DNA from: Yuukianura sp. NJ FZ-2021
Taxonomy: Eukaryota
Length of the DNA stretch: 64,000 nt
NCBI GenBank assembly: GCA_046563655.1
Contig: CM102285.1
Span: forward strand, 9,052,001-9,116,000
Reading direction: 5' to 3'
The notes below the pieces were generated by a model. The model was not told where the DNA came from, did not search any database, and saw only the letters and a program-made list of their open reading frames with translations. Of the stretch, positions 50,513-64,000 are shown piece after piece. Every line of letters starts with the position of its first letter. Within the stretch, counting starts at the first letter, position 1. A program made the translations under genes and the position numbers.

Positions 50513-52336
50513 CTACGTTTTATTTCTTGGCTTCAAATCATCCATGCATGGGTGAAGAAAAATTGCGTTTCGTTTCGCCGTGTTGTGGTGCTCGTGCCCC
50601 TGAAAAAAAAAGTAATAAAAAAGATTTTAGCATAAACCAATCACCACTGCTGCCAATCCCAGCGAGAGGAAAAGATTAGAGTAGGATCATAGGCTAACCT
50701 TCGACCAATCGTAACTGCATGCATATGCAAATATCTGTCCATCACTATTGAAAGCACAACACGAAATTGGCAAATCCGTTGGCTCAGACGTCTTCAATTT
50801 GGTTCTTGCATCTTTATCCCAGAAACTGTAACGACCATCGGATCCAACAGTTGCCAACGTACCATGAATTGGATGAAACTTAATGTCATTCACCTTGAGA
50901 AGAATATGACAGAAGTTATTAAAATACATGACGAAAATACGGCCAACTTTATACTAAAGACAGAAGCAGCGCATTGGGTAAGGACGTTTACTTACAGGAT
51001 AGATATCCTGGTATCCATTGTTCGTGCCATTGGATCGGTGACATTTGAATGTGAAATTGTCCTTGGGGTTTGATGAATTTACGTATTGAATTGCGACACG
51101 ACCCTCCACACTCCCAAGGGCGAACCCTAACGTATGAAGCAAAAGAACTATCAACTTCTGGAAGTCCCCTCAGAATTCAGGTTTAGATGTTCAAAGAAGG
51201 AAAATGTCAATTCTTTACCAGTGGGGGTATTTTTCTTGTCTCGGAAAATTGCTATGCAGCGGTGCTGGTATTTGAGTGGGGAGTCGATTCGCTTGTATTC
51301 TGATGGCGTCGTCTCTAATTGATAAATAATCAGTCCACGGTTGGCTGTTCCAACCACTGCCATTGGATAATCCTGACGAAATATAGGGAACATTACAAAT
51401 ATCGTGAAAGTATCACTTGTTGAGACTTTGCTGGCACACTTACGACATCAACTGTGTAGCACCTTTCTGGAACATTAATAGTCATCATGGGATTCGCTGA
51501 CCGCAAATCCCAAAACTAAAATCAACACAGAAATCAAAAATCCGTTCAGACTGAATCGTAAGAATCTAGTGCAAGTGGACAACGAATTTGACCATACTTT
51601 TAACCCGTAGCTATTTTAATGTTACAGACTTAAGTACCTTCAATGTTTTGTCCCATGAGGCTGTCATCACACAGGTATAGTTTGGGGCCTTGATGAAATG
51701 ACAGCTCTTTACAGGTGCATCATGCTGAGCAATGGTTGTTGCTTGCGTTGAAACGAGATCCCAACATTTTACAGTTTTGTCACAAGAGGCGACGAAGACC
51801 TTACTGCCATCCTGAGATCAATCACAAGCTGAATCTTCTTATCAGACCACATCATTTGGCAAGAAGTGTATGTATGAAGATAAGAAAAGCGAAAACTTAC
51901 ATCATGCCAACAAACGTCCAAGACTGGTCCACCCACTTGTTGTGGATTCAAGTACGCTCTCGGAGTAGTTTTGCCAGTATTCCTCTCAATTTCCCAGCAC
52001 CGAACCTGGAACACGAACAACCAAGCACATGAGATTGTGCCATAATTTCAAATATGCAATAACGGCACAAGCCTGAGAAGCAAGCAATTACTAAGCCAAT
52101 TAACTTACGCTACTGTCCCAGCTGCCGGCAACAAGGAATATTTGGGGTGTCGCTGGAGGACTGAAGCGTAGGCATGATACAGAATCTTCTGGAGGAGCCG
52201 TGACCTCAATGTCAGGGTTTGTAGGCTGCTGTTGCTGTGTCGTCATTCCGAACGTTTGACCAACTTGTTTCTGCTGTCCCACTCCGAACCCTCCCAGTGT
52301 AGAAGAGCCAAAAGCAGTGCCACCACCACCAAACAT
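50513..52336 (-). CDS. Rae1: mRNA export factor Rae1/Gle2 (WD40), 8 coding exons, ~381 aa
   Basis: Exons 52336-52109, 52005-51901, 51811-51638, 51515-51444, 51372-51219, 51126-50996, 50893-50699, 50599-50513 join in frame (1146 nt). Diagnostic [49 protein letters not shown] and SYDWSKGHE. Confidence 0.97.
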
Positions 52337-54473
52337 GTCTTGTCAATCTGGACCTCTGTATTAAGAAAATTTAACCCCCAGTCACAGAGGCTAGCTATCT
52401 TTCTAATTCGTAATACAAAATACAACTCACCGGCTGGTTTTGGTGGTTTGTGTTTGGAAGTTGCCTCTCTGGTTTGTTAAATCCTTTGCTCCGCTTCGAT
52501 TATTTCCCTTCAATTTGAATAAGAAAAATGTGATTAAATAAGATTATACGATTAGACTTGTGTTACTTATTGATGAATCGAGTAAAATGAACTGTTTGTA
52601 GTAATGACCTTGGCCTTTGCGCGGCGCTTTTAATGTCGTTTTTTAAAGCAAAGATATAAATCAAATGTTTCAAATGAATGAATCAAAAAATTACGACGTG
52701 TCTGATTACCTTGTCGATTCCTGACAACTTATGTATGACTTCAATAACCTTTGACCTTCCTTTTGATGTTTTGATGAATCTAACTGTTTTCGGGCTTTTT
52801 TTTGAAAACTAGAAAAAACGAAACAGCAAATCCCCCAAAAACCGAAAACGACTTGTTTTGTTTATGTTTTTCGTGCATAAAAAATTGAATTTGAATTTAC
52901 ACTTCTGTTGTATGCAGTAAGGTAACAGTGTTGTAATTGTGCCCCTCTCCATACAAAAAAAAATAATAAAAATAAAATAAAAGATAAGTTATAATTTCTG
53001 ATTAATTCGTGTTCAACAAGTAAAGGTACAGCAAGGTAACACCAAGGTAAAAAGGGAGCCATAAAAAATGTTTATTGCTTAGTTTATAATACCCCAACTA
53101 ATATAGAAGGTACTCGGGGTTTGATCTGGGTGATTTATTTTATTCACTTCCATTGATTTTTATTTAATCTGTCAAATCGCTTTCGAGGTTACCCGCTCTG
53201 CCTGCAGCCAGCCTCACAGCTTCGGCTACCGGGAAGACTTTAATTTTTCAACCTTGGTTGAGTCTGGTCTGATTTTCATTAATTAACAAAGTATTCATAA
53301 TCCTCTTTATTTTTACAGTAGAAAATGAAGACAAATGCTCTTGAAGGTCATTTAAGTTAAAGTTCCACTAACTTTTCAGTTATTCCAGTCTGCAGTAGAT
53401 GCGTTTCTAAACATCAATCGTCTACTATAATATAAAAATACTCTACAATAAAAGGATACAATGAGGGTACTTCAAGTGTTAATTGTATTCACAATTTGGA
53501 AGGACATGCGCAGAGTGTGTATGTATGAAGAAGAAGAAGAGGAGAGGTGCAGGCCCCTGTCGTCAACTTTGTGCCCTTCCCCTATGTGGTTGTGGTAGAA
53601 GCGACGACGCGCCGCTGCTGCTCTCATAAAAAAATCTCCCCTCTTCTCTTTGCCTATGGTCTGTTCTCCTCTCATGATCGCCATTTAATTCTCACACTGC
53701 CTCTGTCTCTCGTTCATGTCCTGGAAGTATTTGTAATCAATCTTTGACTGAAAATCGGTTTGGACGGGTCAAACGTCAAAGTGACCGTTGAAAAGGTTAG
53801 GTGTGAAAGGAAGAATAGTTGTTAAGTGGATCCGCTTTGATTGGGAAGTGACAAGTGGCGCTTCTTGGACGGTGTCTCTTTTGTGTTGTTTTAGTTGAGG
53901 TAAGGGTGGAGTAGTGCCGCTGGTGCCCATTTTCTACACTTTACTTTCGTTTTTCCATAGTGCAGATGCTCCCTCTCGTCCAACATAAGTATAACGCAAC
54001 TTGGAATGTTAGATCTCTCTAGTACCGACAGGTCGTGCACTTTTTAACAACTTTATACACATTGTTTACAGATTAATCTACAAAAGTCACTTTTGAATTT
54101 GATCGATAAAACATCAGTCCCGCAGAGAAGTTGTCATTTCATGTGGTAGTATTCTGTGATCAGCTGTAAAGATCAGCAGTCATTTAATTAATAGTGAAAC
54201 TCATCAGCTGTTCATCGACGGCTAAATTGCTTTGATGTGTGAATCAATCAATCAAAGCGTCTGAATTGAATTTTGAGTTTTTAAACCTTTTAAACCAACG
54301 CAAATTTAAGGTTGTAAGCATTTGGATTAAACATTACTCAAACTGTAGCGAAATGTTATTTTTTTCTTATACTATTTTGATGGAAAAAACTGTTTAATTA
54401 TAATTACTATAGGTTTTTTAACGTGAACGTCTGATTTGACAGGAACAGTTCAAACGGAAATCAAAACGAAAAC

Positions 54474-57400
54474 ATGGAAACCGGGGAACTCGGAGTCGGA
54501 GACGGAGAATTGGAAGTGACGTACATTGGAGAGGCTGACGGAGATGAAGAAGGTGAGTTAGAGTTTGCTTAATAAAAGCTGTGCGGTTCATACGAAATTA
54601 GGAAAGAAAATTCGTTTAATTTGAAATGCTGGATTGCTTTATGTAATTTTAGAGGATGAGGCTTATTTCATGGAAGAGGATGAAGATCATTTTTTGTATG
54701 AAGGAGAGGAAGATGAAGGCGAAGAAGAGGAAGACGAAGGTAATTATTAATCGTTTTGTTTGCCAATTTTACATTAACGGTTTAATAAAAAATAACGTTT
54801 TCCAAAGATGGAGATGACGATGGAGAGGAGGACGGAAATGTAACAAAAATTGAGCCTGACGAGGGTGAAGTGAAAGCTAAAACTGAATACGACTCGGTCA
54901 CAATCCTTCCTTCTGAAGGCGAATCCGGTGAAGTCAGTTACGTTCTTTACGTGCAGGATTCAGAACAGAAAGAAAGCAAAGCCGATCTCAAAGTTTTTGA
55001 CTTTGATGAAGGTGAAGATCCAAATGGAGAGGTAACGTTCTACTAACAAATCTCACAAAAACAACGACGAAAATGGTGATCACATGAAAAAATTCAAAAT
55101 TTTGAAGGATGATGAGGGTGTTGATGAAATCGATGAAGATCTGGTCAAAATTCCTAGAAAAGTCGGATCCAGCTCCAGAAAGTCCCAAAATTCTCATTCT
55201 CAGGCGCACATGTGCAATTATTGCAATTACACGAGTCCCAAAAGGTAGCCGACGTCTGTATTAATTTTCGGTCGAATATTCAATTTCCCCAAATTATTTT
55301 CTCCAAAGTTTAGTTTAATGAAGCCTAACCTAACCTAAATCATTTTTTTTTGTAGATATTTGTTATCGAGACACATGAAATCACATTCGGAGGAACGCCC
55401 TCATAAATGCAGCGTCTGCGAGCGTGGGTTTAAAACTCTGGCATCTCTTCAAAATCATGTGAATACACATACTGGAACCAAACCTCATAAATGCAAATTC
55501 TGCAATTCTGCTTTCACTACTTCCGGTGAGGATTTTCAGTCGTCAAATTGATTTTAAGTTTCAAAAATGCAAAAATTCACAATGCCTTTCTTTCCAGGTG
55601 AGTTAGTCAGACATGTGAGGTATCGACACACCCACGAAAAACCGCATCACTGTACCGAGTGCGAATATTCAAGTGTAGAACTGAGTAAGCTAAAGCGGCA
55701 TATGCGTTGTCACACCGGTGAACGACCGTATCAGGTAAAATTAGATTGAGAATGTTTTTGAGAATTACTTTTAAAAATGTAAAAAAAAATGTAATTAAGA
55801 AAAAAACATGACGCTGTTGAAGGGCCCGTGAAACCTCACTCTCAGTCTCAAAAAATTGACTTCAATAATAATTTTTACTGAGAATTTCGTCTGATGTAAT
55901 TCATTTTTGTAATTCCATGGCCGATTTTCAGTGTCCTCATTGCACTTACGCAAGTCCTGATACTTTTAAGCTGAAACGACATTTAAGAATTCATACAGGT
56001 GAGATATTTTCACAAAAGTTTTCTTGACGTAAGCATTTTTGACACTGGAATAAGACCAATTTCCCTGCGTGTTTAGGGGAGAAGCCCTACGTTTGTGACA
56101 TTTGCCAAGCGAAGTTCACGCAATCCAACAGTCTCAAAGCACATAGACTCATCCATACAGGTACGGGACACAAAACAAAACGTTTCATTCAGCGCTTGCT
56201 TTAGTAACTTTTTAATGTTAAAATCAATTCGTTCTGGTTAGGAAATAAACCAATTTTTAAGTGCGAGATGTGTCCAGCGACTTGTGGACGGAAAACTGAT
56301 CTTCGAATTCATGTTCAAAAACTGCACACAGCAGAACGACCAATGAAATGTAAAAGATGTAACAAAGTTTTTCCCGACCGTTATACTTTTAAGGTAAACA
56401 CACTTTCGCTTTCTGTTTCTATTTGTAACTTTTTATATTATTATTTGCACTTACTGATTTTTAATCTTTGACTTTTCAGTTGCATTGTAAGACTCACGAT
56501 GGAGAGAAATGTTTCAAGTGCGATTTGTGTCCATACGCTTCTTCATCACAACGGCATTTAGAATCTCACATGCTTGTTCACACCGACCAAAAGCCCTTCC
56601 AGTGTGAGCTTTGTGACCAGGTAAGTTCTCACTGCGGCTCAGTTTGTCAATAATTAACGGCAATTTCTAATTCTAAGTCAATTGACTTAGAAATGACTTA
56701 GAATTTCATTTTTTCGACAGTCTTTCCGGCAGAAGCAGTTGTTACGTCGTCATCAAAACCTATACCACAACCCCAGCTATGTTCCACCAACCCCACGAGA
56801 CAAGCAGCACGACTGCGCTGAATGTGGACGATCCTTTCGCCACAAAGGGAATCTTATACGGCATATGGCAATTCATGATCCTGAATCTGCGGTTCATGAG
56901 CGATCTCTGGCACTAAAGATGGGTCGACAGAGGAGATTGCAAATGATTGATGGGCAGCAAGTTGAAGTTTTGGATGATGATGATGGGCAGACGGAGGTTT
57001 TGGCTGTAGAAGGTGAAGATGGACAGCAATACGTCGTCTTAGAAGTCATCCAGCTCCAGGTAAGAACTGTCGGAGGTCATCAATTACCAATTAATCTACC
57101 GTGAATAGTTCATAATTTACAAAATTAACGAAATGTTACCCTTGACATAGGATGGTGATGGCACCGAACAAACCGTTGCCGTTATGGGAGACGACGATGG
57201 ACCACATACGATTATACATACAGATGCCGATCTCTCACAGCTTCATCATGACCCCACTATGCTGGAGTATTCCGTAAATGGGATTGATGGTAACTTGACG
57301 ATTGGATTTTTTACTTTTCCTTTTGTGTCTTTTTTTCTTTTTTTGCTGAATTTTATATGCATATAGTTGAGCATTTGGACTATGGTCTTACAGAGACTGA

Positions 57401-57604
57401 ATACGTGACACTGGAAGAGGAAAAGACTTCCACCATTATCAAGCAAGAAGTTGTGACAGCGCAAGATGTAAAGAGTTGCTTCGGTTTCGATGTAAGTTTA
57501 CTTTGAATTAAAACGTAAATTGTTTATTGAGTTGATGAATTGGCACATCTTTTGTTTAGGATTCTGACGACGAGGATGTAGGCTCGGAATTTTTAATCCA
57601 GTAA
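54474..57604 (+). CDS. CTCF: CCCTC-binding factor (CTCF), 14 coding exons, ~641 aa, 11 C2H2 zinc fingers
   Basis: Exons 54474-54552, 54653-54739, 54808-55031, 55108-55244, 55356-55525, 55598-55734, 55932-55998, 56077-56160, 56242-56393, 56480-56620, 56721-57059, 57151-57289, 57367-57491, 57560-57604 join in frame (1926 nt). Diagnostic [48 protein letters not shown] and [10 protein letters not shown]. Confidence 0.97.
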
Positions 57605-59522
57605 TTCCTGTGTACGGACTTCGTAATTTTAAAAAATTAACCACAAAGTTATTAGTTGGATGTTGGACTCGATTCGCAAAGGAGGCAGCAAAAGTCGTAG
57701 GCCACTTTTTTAAATAACTGGTTCGACTATTATGCCAAAGTTTAGATGAACGAAACTGTAAACGAGTTGTTTTAAATTAGTAGTTGTTGAATTTGTTAGT
57801 TTACTTCGAAGCTTTTAGCGGTGTAGTTGCAGTAGGTATTTATTTAAAGACACAATAATTGTTATTTATTAGTCTTCTTTTCGTTCCAAATCTTATATCG
57901 TTCCAAACACCCTTGTTTTTCTCTAACATTTTGAATCAGGTTAGACATCAGTTTATTTCAGTTTTCAAATTTTAATTGTTGTTGATTTTGTAGTTCTTTA
58001 GGATTTTAAACGTTCGATTTAAAATTAAAAACGTTCTGTAATAAAGTTGTACTTAATTACTTCGTCGTCACCAATTTAAGTGTTTTATTGTAAATCGGGA
58101 CACGTTTACTACAAAATTTGGCGTTTTGATTGTAAACAGAAGAATGTAAATAATTTCAGTAAACTTATTACTATAAATTAATTAATTTATTATTACTAAG
58201 TAAGTTGAAATTGTCTTTTTGAATAATAATATTAATAAATTACGATTAAGTTGTGTTTTTTTTGTATTAGGTTAGTATAATTCAAAATGTGTTTTTCTGT
58301 GCAATTTCTTGTTTATGTGCAGTGCACCATTCGACATAGGGAGTTTTTACATGATTTCTTTTTAACTTTTACTCTAAAACTTTTTTCTTGTTAAAAACCA
58401 CATTGATCCCTTTTTGTTTTAAATGTTGTATCCTGATGTGTGATATTTAAAGTTTAATTATTTTATTTGTGTTTACACTTCGACTAGAACACGTCACAAA
58501 CACAGTGAAAGGAAAGAGAAAGCAGTGAACAAGGGGTGAGAGGTCAAAGGTCAAAGCAGAGAAAGTGGTAGAAGACAAAACGACTTAAACCTTATTTAGT
58601 TTTTTGACTATACAAAATGGGATTGTCTTCAATTCAGTATGAATTTCATTCCTTTCACGAATGAAATGTCGAAGGAAAATAGAGTTATAGGTTACTTTCT
58701 TTTAATTTGAAATCCACAGCGACATTTCCGCTCAATTGAATTTCACTTTCTCCAAAGTTGAATAAAAGATGAACGTTGAGGATCCACATTACTTTTTTGA
58801 ACGTGTTCAAAATTCGGTTTTTAGCCCCGCACTTTAGGCCTGACCATTTGCAACTGTCAGAAGAAGTGAAGGTTCCGTTTTAGTTGACAGGATCTAAAAA
58901 GTCAAGAAATAGACAAACAGGCATTAGACACTCCAGTTTTCCAGGCTCATCCAGATAGGAATCATTTATATTCTGTCAAAACAACATAAGCTACTAGTTT
59001 TATACTTTTGGCACGTCCATTCAAACCCATTAGAGGCCTCATGCACCTAAACATGCTCTCTGGAGAAAGTAAAAAATTATGTAGAACTTTCTCTTTGCTT
59101 TGAATTTTTTCTGGATTATTTGGATACAGCATGTTGTTGTTAATAATTCAAAATGGGAATTGGAATAAGTAGAGCAGAAGAATTTAATAGAAGAGGAAGT
59201 TATGTTGTATATCTGGGTTTCATCTTGTTGTGTTAGGATAAGTGGCCAAGGTTGAAGAGTCAGGGAAATAAATGCTTTCTTATTCTGATATTCCTTTGCG
59301 GTTGGATTGAGGAGTTGGTTCCTTGTAGGAAGATTTAGGACTTGGTCTGACAGGATGGGCCCTTATCCCATCGCTCCTCATGAATTCTGAATAGAAGGCT
59401 GACAGCAGAGAAAGTGGCTTAAGGTTGGGATAGGAAAGTTTTGTGGAGTCGCAACAACTTTCACTAGGCTCCTTCTACCTCTTAGCTGACGACTACCACC
59501 ACATGAAATTGTAAGTCATTCG

Positions 59523-62500
59523 TCATTGTCCACTTACACTGGAGCAGTGTTGACTGTTGTCGTCGAAACTGGCAGTGGTGCTGCCGTTGTTGTTGGAAGA
59601 GTGATCAGTGATGGTCGTCTGGGTAGAAGCTTCCATCGGAAAAAGCAGAGAGCTCGTACAGTTTTGTCTCACGGTGGAGCCAGTAAATGACTGCTGCTGA
59701 CTATTCGACTGGTGGAGCGACGCCGTGCCAAGGCCGGCAACAGTTGTCCCCACGGAGGTTTCTGTTCGGTGGAGGTGGGTTTCGGGCTTGAAGCAAGTGA
59801 GTCCATTTTGAGTGGGATAAGAGACGAGGGATAGTGTGGGTTGGTGATGTGGAGCCACCAAAGTGGATCCGCCGGAAGTAGAAGTGCTAGGCCCAAGGCT
59901 CATTAGGGCTGAATTAGGAGACTGGAGCTGATGACTACTGTGCTGATCTCCGGAATCGTCCATGAGTCCACCATTATTTCCGCAAATGGCTCCATCTTCG
60001 TCCTTAATGTCCTGCAAATGGGATCAACCAAACATGAGAATATCGTTTTTCTCAGAATCACTTTGCCCTGACTAGTGCAAATTACTTTTCTTTTAGCACA
60101 CAATCCCAGCGCAGCCTACATAAACTTTACAATTGTAACCTCTCCCATGAGTTTTACTGAAACTTTAGAGTGTTGTTGTAACCGAACAAGAAACTGCCCA
60201 CATAAGTTATTATTCGGCATTTTGACGTGCTACCTAAATGAATTTGATTCTACAATGAAAGCAACAAGGATTTTCTGCACAATGATTTGAACGGAAGACG
60301 CTTCCGTGCTTTCTACTTTGAAAAAGTACGGTCAATTGTGAAGGTGCTCATGCGAAAATGGACGGAAGAGGAACAAAGGATGATTTTAGGGCAGAAAAGC
60401 ATGGAATAGAAGCAAAGCGGAAACGCGCTTCAGGAGCAGCGTCTCTTTCCCATGATTCCCTTCCTCAGCGTCAATTTGAACGTCCGTTCTGGAAGCGAAA
60501 CTGAATAGAATTCTTGCTCAAAGGCAAAAGACGCTACTACTACTGCCCAATTCTTAACATTTGGGCAAAGTGAAATAAGTTACATGGGAAGCAATAATGG
60601 TCTGACAGCTGGGACCAAGCTGGGATGAATGGAAGGAAGCAATATGATCGTAGACTCATCATTTTCTTCGTTTCCGTTTGAACATCTTCACAACAGAGGA
60701 GATGGAATCACTTTCCCTTCTGTTTCAATTTCAAACTCAAATCAAACATGGCTAATGATGTGTTCCTTGTCTTTTCTTCCAAGTCCAATAGAAGTAAACA
60801 TAACCTAAGTTAAACTACCTTGGGAAAAATGATAAGGTGAAAGTTAATGTAAAAATCCAACGCAAATAAAAACGTTTCATGGACTTGCCTTTCTGCTAAA
60901 GTTTCGCAATAGCAAATATTTGAGTCTATTTTCTGTACTAGGAGAAAGTTTGTGCAAAGTGAAAGTTGTAGGTACTACTAATCTAAATCTAACCTTAGGC
61001 AGAGAACTTTGAACTTTGGATGAATGACCTCATGAAAACTAAATTTGCACTTTGTGTTTTTTTTATCATGTGTTGACTAAATTGCAACAACTTACTTCAG
61101 ATTCTTTATTAGTGTCAGCTCCTAGAGTGTAGATGTTGAGCATATGAGCTGACTGAACGTGAACCATGAGATCCCAGGCGGATTCAAAGGAGTCCTTGCA
61201 CTGCGAACATAGAAGTGACGCTGGTTCTTCTCCGGGTGACTCTGGAAAACCGCAGAACAAATCAGTCTCTAACCCTTTAATTAAATATTCACTGCGTCCC
61301 GAGCAAACCAAACTGATTCTAAATGCAGATTCATTTCCAACGTCAACTAACAGTCACTTTCATGCAAATATTTTTAAAGGCATTTTCCAGACAGAAACTG
61401 TCAAGATTCTCCAAACTGAAAATTAGTCGGAATAGAAATTAGAGATGAACTTACTGGCTTTTGATCCGTTGAGCATGTGACACTTGCAGGTAAATCGAAG
61501 TTTGCAGTAGGTTTTCTTGTGTTCCATCAACTGCTCTACTTCGGTAAACATTTCCCGGCAGTTGCCACATATCAAAATATCAGGAGTGCCTATGAAAACA
61601 AATCTTGTGAAAGTAAATGCAAAAAAAAAATGAAAACCGTAATCTTGACGCTATTTTCGGCTGATGAAGAAAGTTTCGTCATTAAAAACTTCCTGAGCTT
61701 CCTAATTCGTTAAGAAGACTTCGCGTAGAAAGTAAATTACTAATTTTTTTTTAAAGACGATCACTTACTGTATGACTTGAGGTCAGAGAAGGAAGTGTTG
61801 TTGTTGGAGACGTGGGTCTGGTGGGTCTTGTTGTTGGGCGAATGGGGCTTGTTGTTGGGTATGGACCGTTGTTGCGGTGGGTTCGGCGGAAGGTGGATCC
61901 GCGGGCGTTTCATCGGTGGTAAAATCGGTCGTGGTGTTGGAAATCCCAGTTGAGCATAGTAGCTGTGGTAAACAGACTCAAGCTGCATTTTCAAACTGTC
62001 ACGCAACAAACAATCACACTTTGACACTTTCCCAACTTTTCTACTTTCACTAGAATCAGTCATTTCACATCTACAAAAGGCTCAAATTCCTCCACTAAAA
62101 ACATACAGCAATACTGAAAATCTTTTTTAAAAAAATCAAATTTCGAAGTTATAACCAGTTTTTTGTGTAAAAGTTCTGCATTTAGAAGTAACCAAGTACA
62201 GTTATCGGATACCTACTCACTTTTGAACTCAAACTCCAGTATTTCCGAGTAACAAAATAGCAAAAGGCGTATAAGAGTCACGTTAGAAAACTAATTTTCA
62301 ATATCACTGAATAGAAATGCACTCTCTTTTTTTAAAAACCTGCTTTCTAAATCTGTTTTTGTAGTGGCCAGTTTTACACCACTGGCAAAACTGCCACCAG
62401 ACGCCAAAGTGAAAGCACCCAACAATTCAACGATCACTTCCATTTCATTTCCGTTTTACGTCGTAAAGTTCCATAGGGACTACCTAAGGTTGTAAGCCAT

Positions 62501-63666
62501 ATTTTGGCAGTTCACACCTGAGACAACTACAACCACTAGGATTTGGGCTTTTCCCCGGGGAAGAGTTGAGAGCTTAAATGCTAAATTAAAGTGGCCATGA
62601 AAGTCTCCAAAAAATGAAATGGTCCTTAGAATCCTCTAGTGAAAACCGCCTTGACGCAATTTCTGCTGCTGACATGTTCTGATTAAAAGGAGGAGATCTC
62701 TGTGCCAAAAAATAAAATTCACAAGGGAGGAAACGCAGGAAGATGGAGATGACGCTAAAAATTCATAAATAAAATTCTCCAGCACTTGGGACACACTTTA
62801 AGAGGTCTCTTGCCGTCTGGTCATATCGTAAAACCAGCAGCTCATAAAGTCTAATAAAACGGAAAAAATGGAAGTGAAAAGACAAATGGGCTGATCTTTA
62901 AAAGTCAAATTCTGTTTTTGATCTCTTTTTGTCACGCTAATAATTTTAGCACAGATTTTTTAAGCTGTATCCTTTGATGTGTTTTTGTTTTTACACCACG
63001 CAGAAGCGTCTGTTGCTACTTAATAATAGTATCTGAGCTTTCACAACGTCTCATCACCATCCAAGATTAAAATGTATCTTCTTTGTGGACTTAAGTAACA
63101 GACTCTGTTTCATCTCCCTAATGAAATCCCAGTCTTAAAATAGTTTGTTTTGAACAATAAAATGGGACTCTTTGAACATGTTTTCAAAAGAGCTGAGAGA
63201 TATTTAAAGAAAGTTAAACAACCGAGGGCGGAGGGAGGAACAAAGAAAATAAGAGCCGTCCAAAGACAAAGAGTGCCAGCTACAGGAGGACAGTGATTAC
63301 TTGTTCAAGCCAAGTTCTACTTTTGACATTCCTTTTGTTCGATTTATTTTTGAAAAGAAGCGGGTGTAATGATGATGAAGTGGAGAACTTATTAGTGAGG
63401 TCTCCTAACCTGTCAAAATTATGACACCCAACATATCTCCTTTCTCAATTCTAAAGCCAATCCTTCCTATTCCTTCTCTATGTCTGTGACAGACGTAAAC
63501 TTAAAAAAGAAATCCAAATCTAACTTGAGAAAGGCGGTAATGATCTGTCTGCAAAAACCATTATGGGTTCTGCAAAAATCGCTTTTTGCAAAAACATCCT
63601 AAAGTTTCATTCACACAGAAGCAGTCTTCCCAAGCTTAGAAAACTTACCTGTCGTAGTAATAATCC
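59523..63666 (-). CDS. BCL11A-like zinc finger protein (CCHC finger + one C2H2 finger + low-complexity tail), 5'-incomplete
   Basis: Exons 63666-63649 (18-nt micro-exon), 61589-61455 (TPDILICGNCREMF...MEHKKTYCKLRFTCKC), 61241-61096 (CSQCKDSFESAWDLMVHVQSAHMLNIY) and 60011-59523 (to stop) join in frame. The motifs resemble the BCL11 N-terminal fingers (PDLLTCG..EHK..C; F.SAW.L..H.Q..H...IY). Confidence 0.8.
61769..62063 (-). CDS. Candidate alternative first coding exon (Pro/Asn-rich) of the BCL11A-like gene
   Basis: ORF MTDSS...SDLKSY-A|GTAAGT ends in a phase-1 consensus donor at 61768, compatible with the phase-1 acceptor at 61589. Confidence 0.6.
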
Positions 63667-64000
63667 CTGAAACAACAAAAAGAAATCATTAGAAACGAAG
63701 TAAAAAAAAATTAAAATTCTGTTTTGAAATTTCATGGGAAAACATTGCTTCAATTCGTTTTGATCTAAACTGAAGTAGTAAGATTGTCTGTTTACATCTA
63801 GGCATAAATGTTTAATGTTTAGTACAACATTTGTTTCTTTCCTTTTCGGAATAAGAAATTTTGAAGTTGTATTTTGGCGTGACGGGAGCCAAGGGAATGA
63901 TACATGGCGGGGCTAAAGGTCACGGTGGAGTGGTGAAGCAGAGTCTAATGAAGTCTTGCCACATTGAATCATTGTCAGAACATCCAGATGGAAACGACCA

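Noticed and set aside
52200..52336. FG-rich N-terminus of Rae1 suggesting a nucleoporin fusion
   Set aside because: Short FG-containing N-termini are normal in metazoan Rae1.
55323..55338. Short CCTAA/TTAGG runs here and at ~3088, 17010, 26918 and 41420 as interstitial telomeric repeats
   Set aside because: Only 2-3 units, several coinciding with CTAAC branch-point positions; not distinguishable from background.

Overview
This is AT-rich eukaryotic (arthropod, probably pancrustacean/hexapod) genomic DNA with spliced genes; there are no prokaryotic features. Genes were reconstructed by hand from GT-AG exon chains whose reading frames close. (1) A convergent pair of dipeptidyl-peptidase-IV-family paralogues: a + strand pseudo-enzyme (DPP6/DPP10-like, GHGYGG in place of GWSYGG, about 12.0-22.0 kb) and a - strand catalytically intact copy (24.2-41.1 kb). 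Both have candidate alternative first coding exons. (2) A JHAMT-like methyltransferase, probably nested antisense in the first intron of the long DPP10-like isoform. (3) A small secreted 12-Cys peptide gene carrying an intronic tRNA-derived SINE with a 14-bp TSD. (4) A ttk-type BTB-zinc-finger gene, an R&R cuticular protein, Rae1, CTCF (11 zinc fingers) and the 3' part of a short BCL11A-like zinc-finger gene. Mobile and repeat features: two related TA-type MITEs, a 374-bp element with 14-bp TIRs and a 9-bp TSD, and a ~210-bp palindrome built around (TA)n. The most interesting signal is a distal 20-codon first exon (MNTAASGGGGGYSSKKCKED) on the inactive DPP, which resembles the vertebrate DPP6a/DPP10a Kv4-inactivating N-terminal peptide. 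All gene models lack transcript evidence, and family assignments rest on motif recognition, not database searches.
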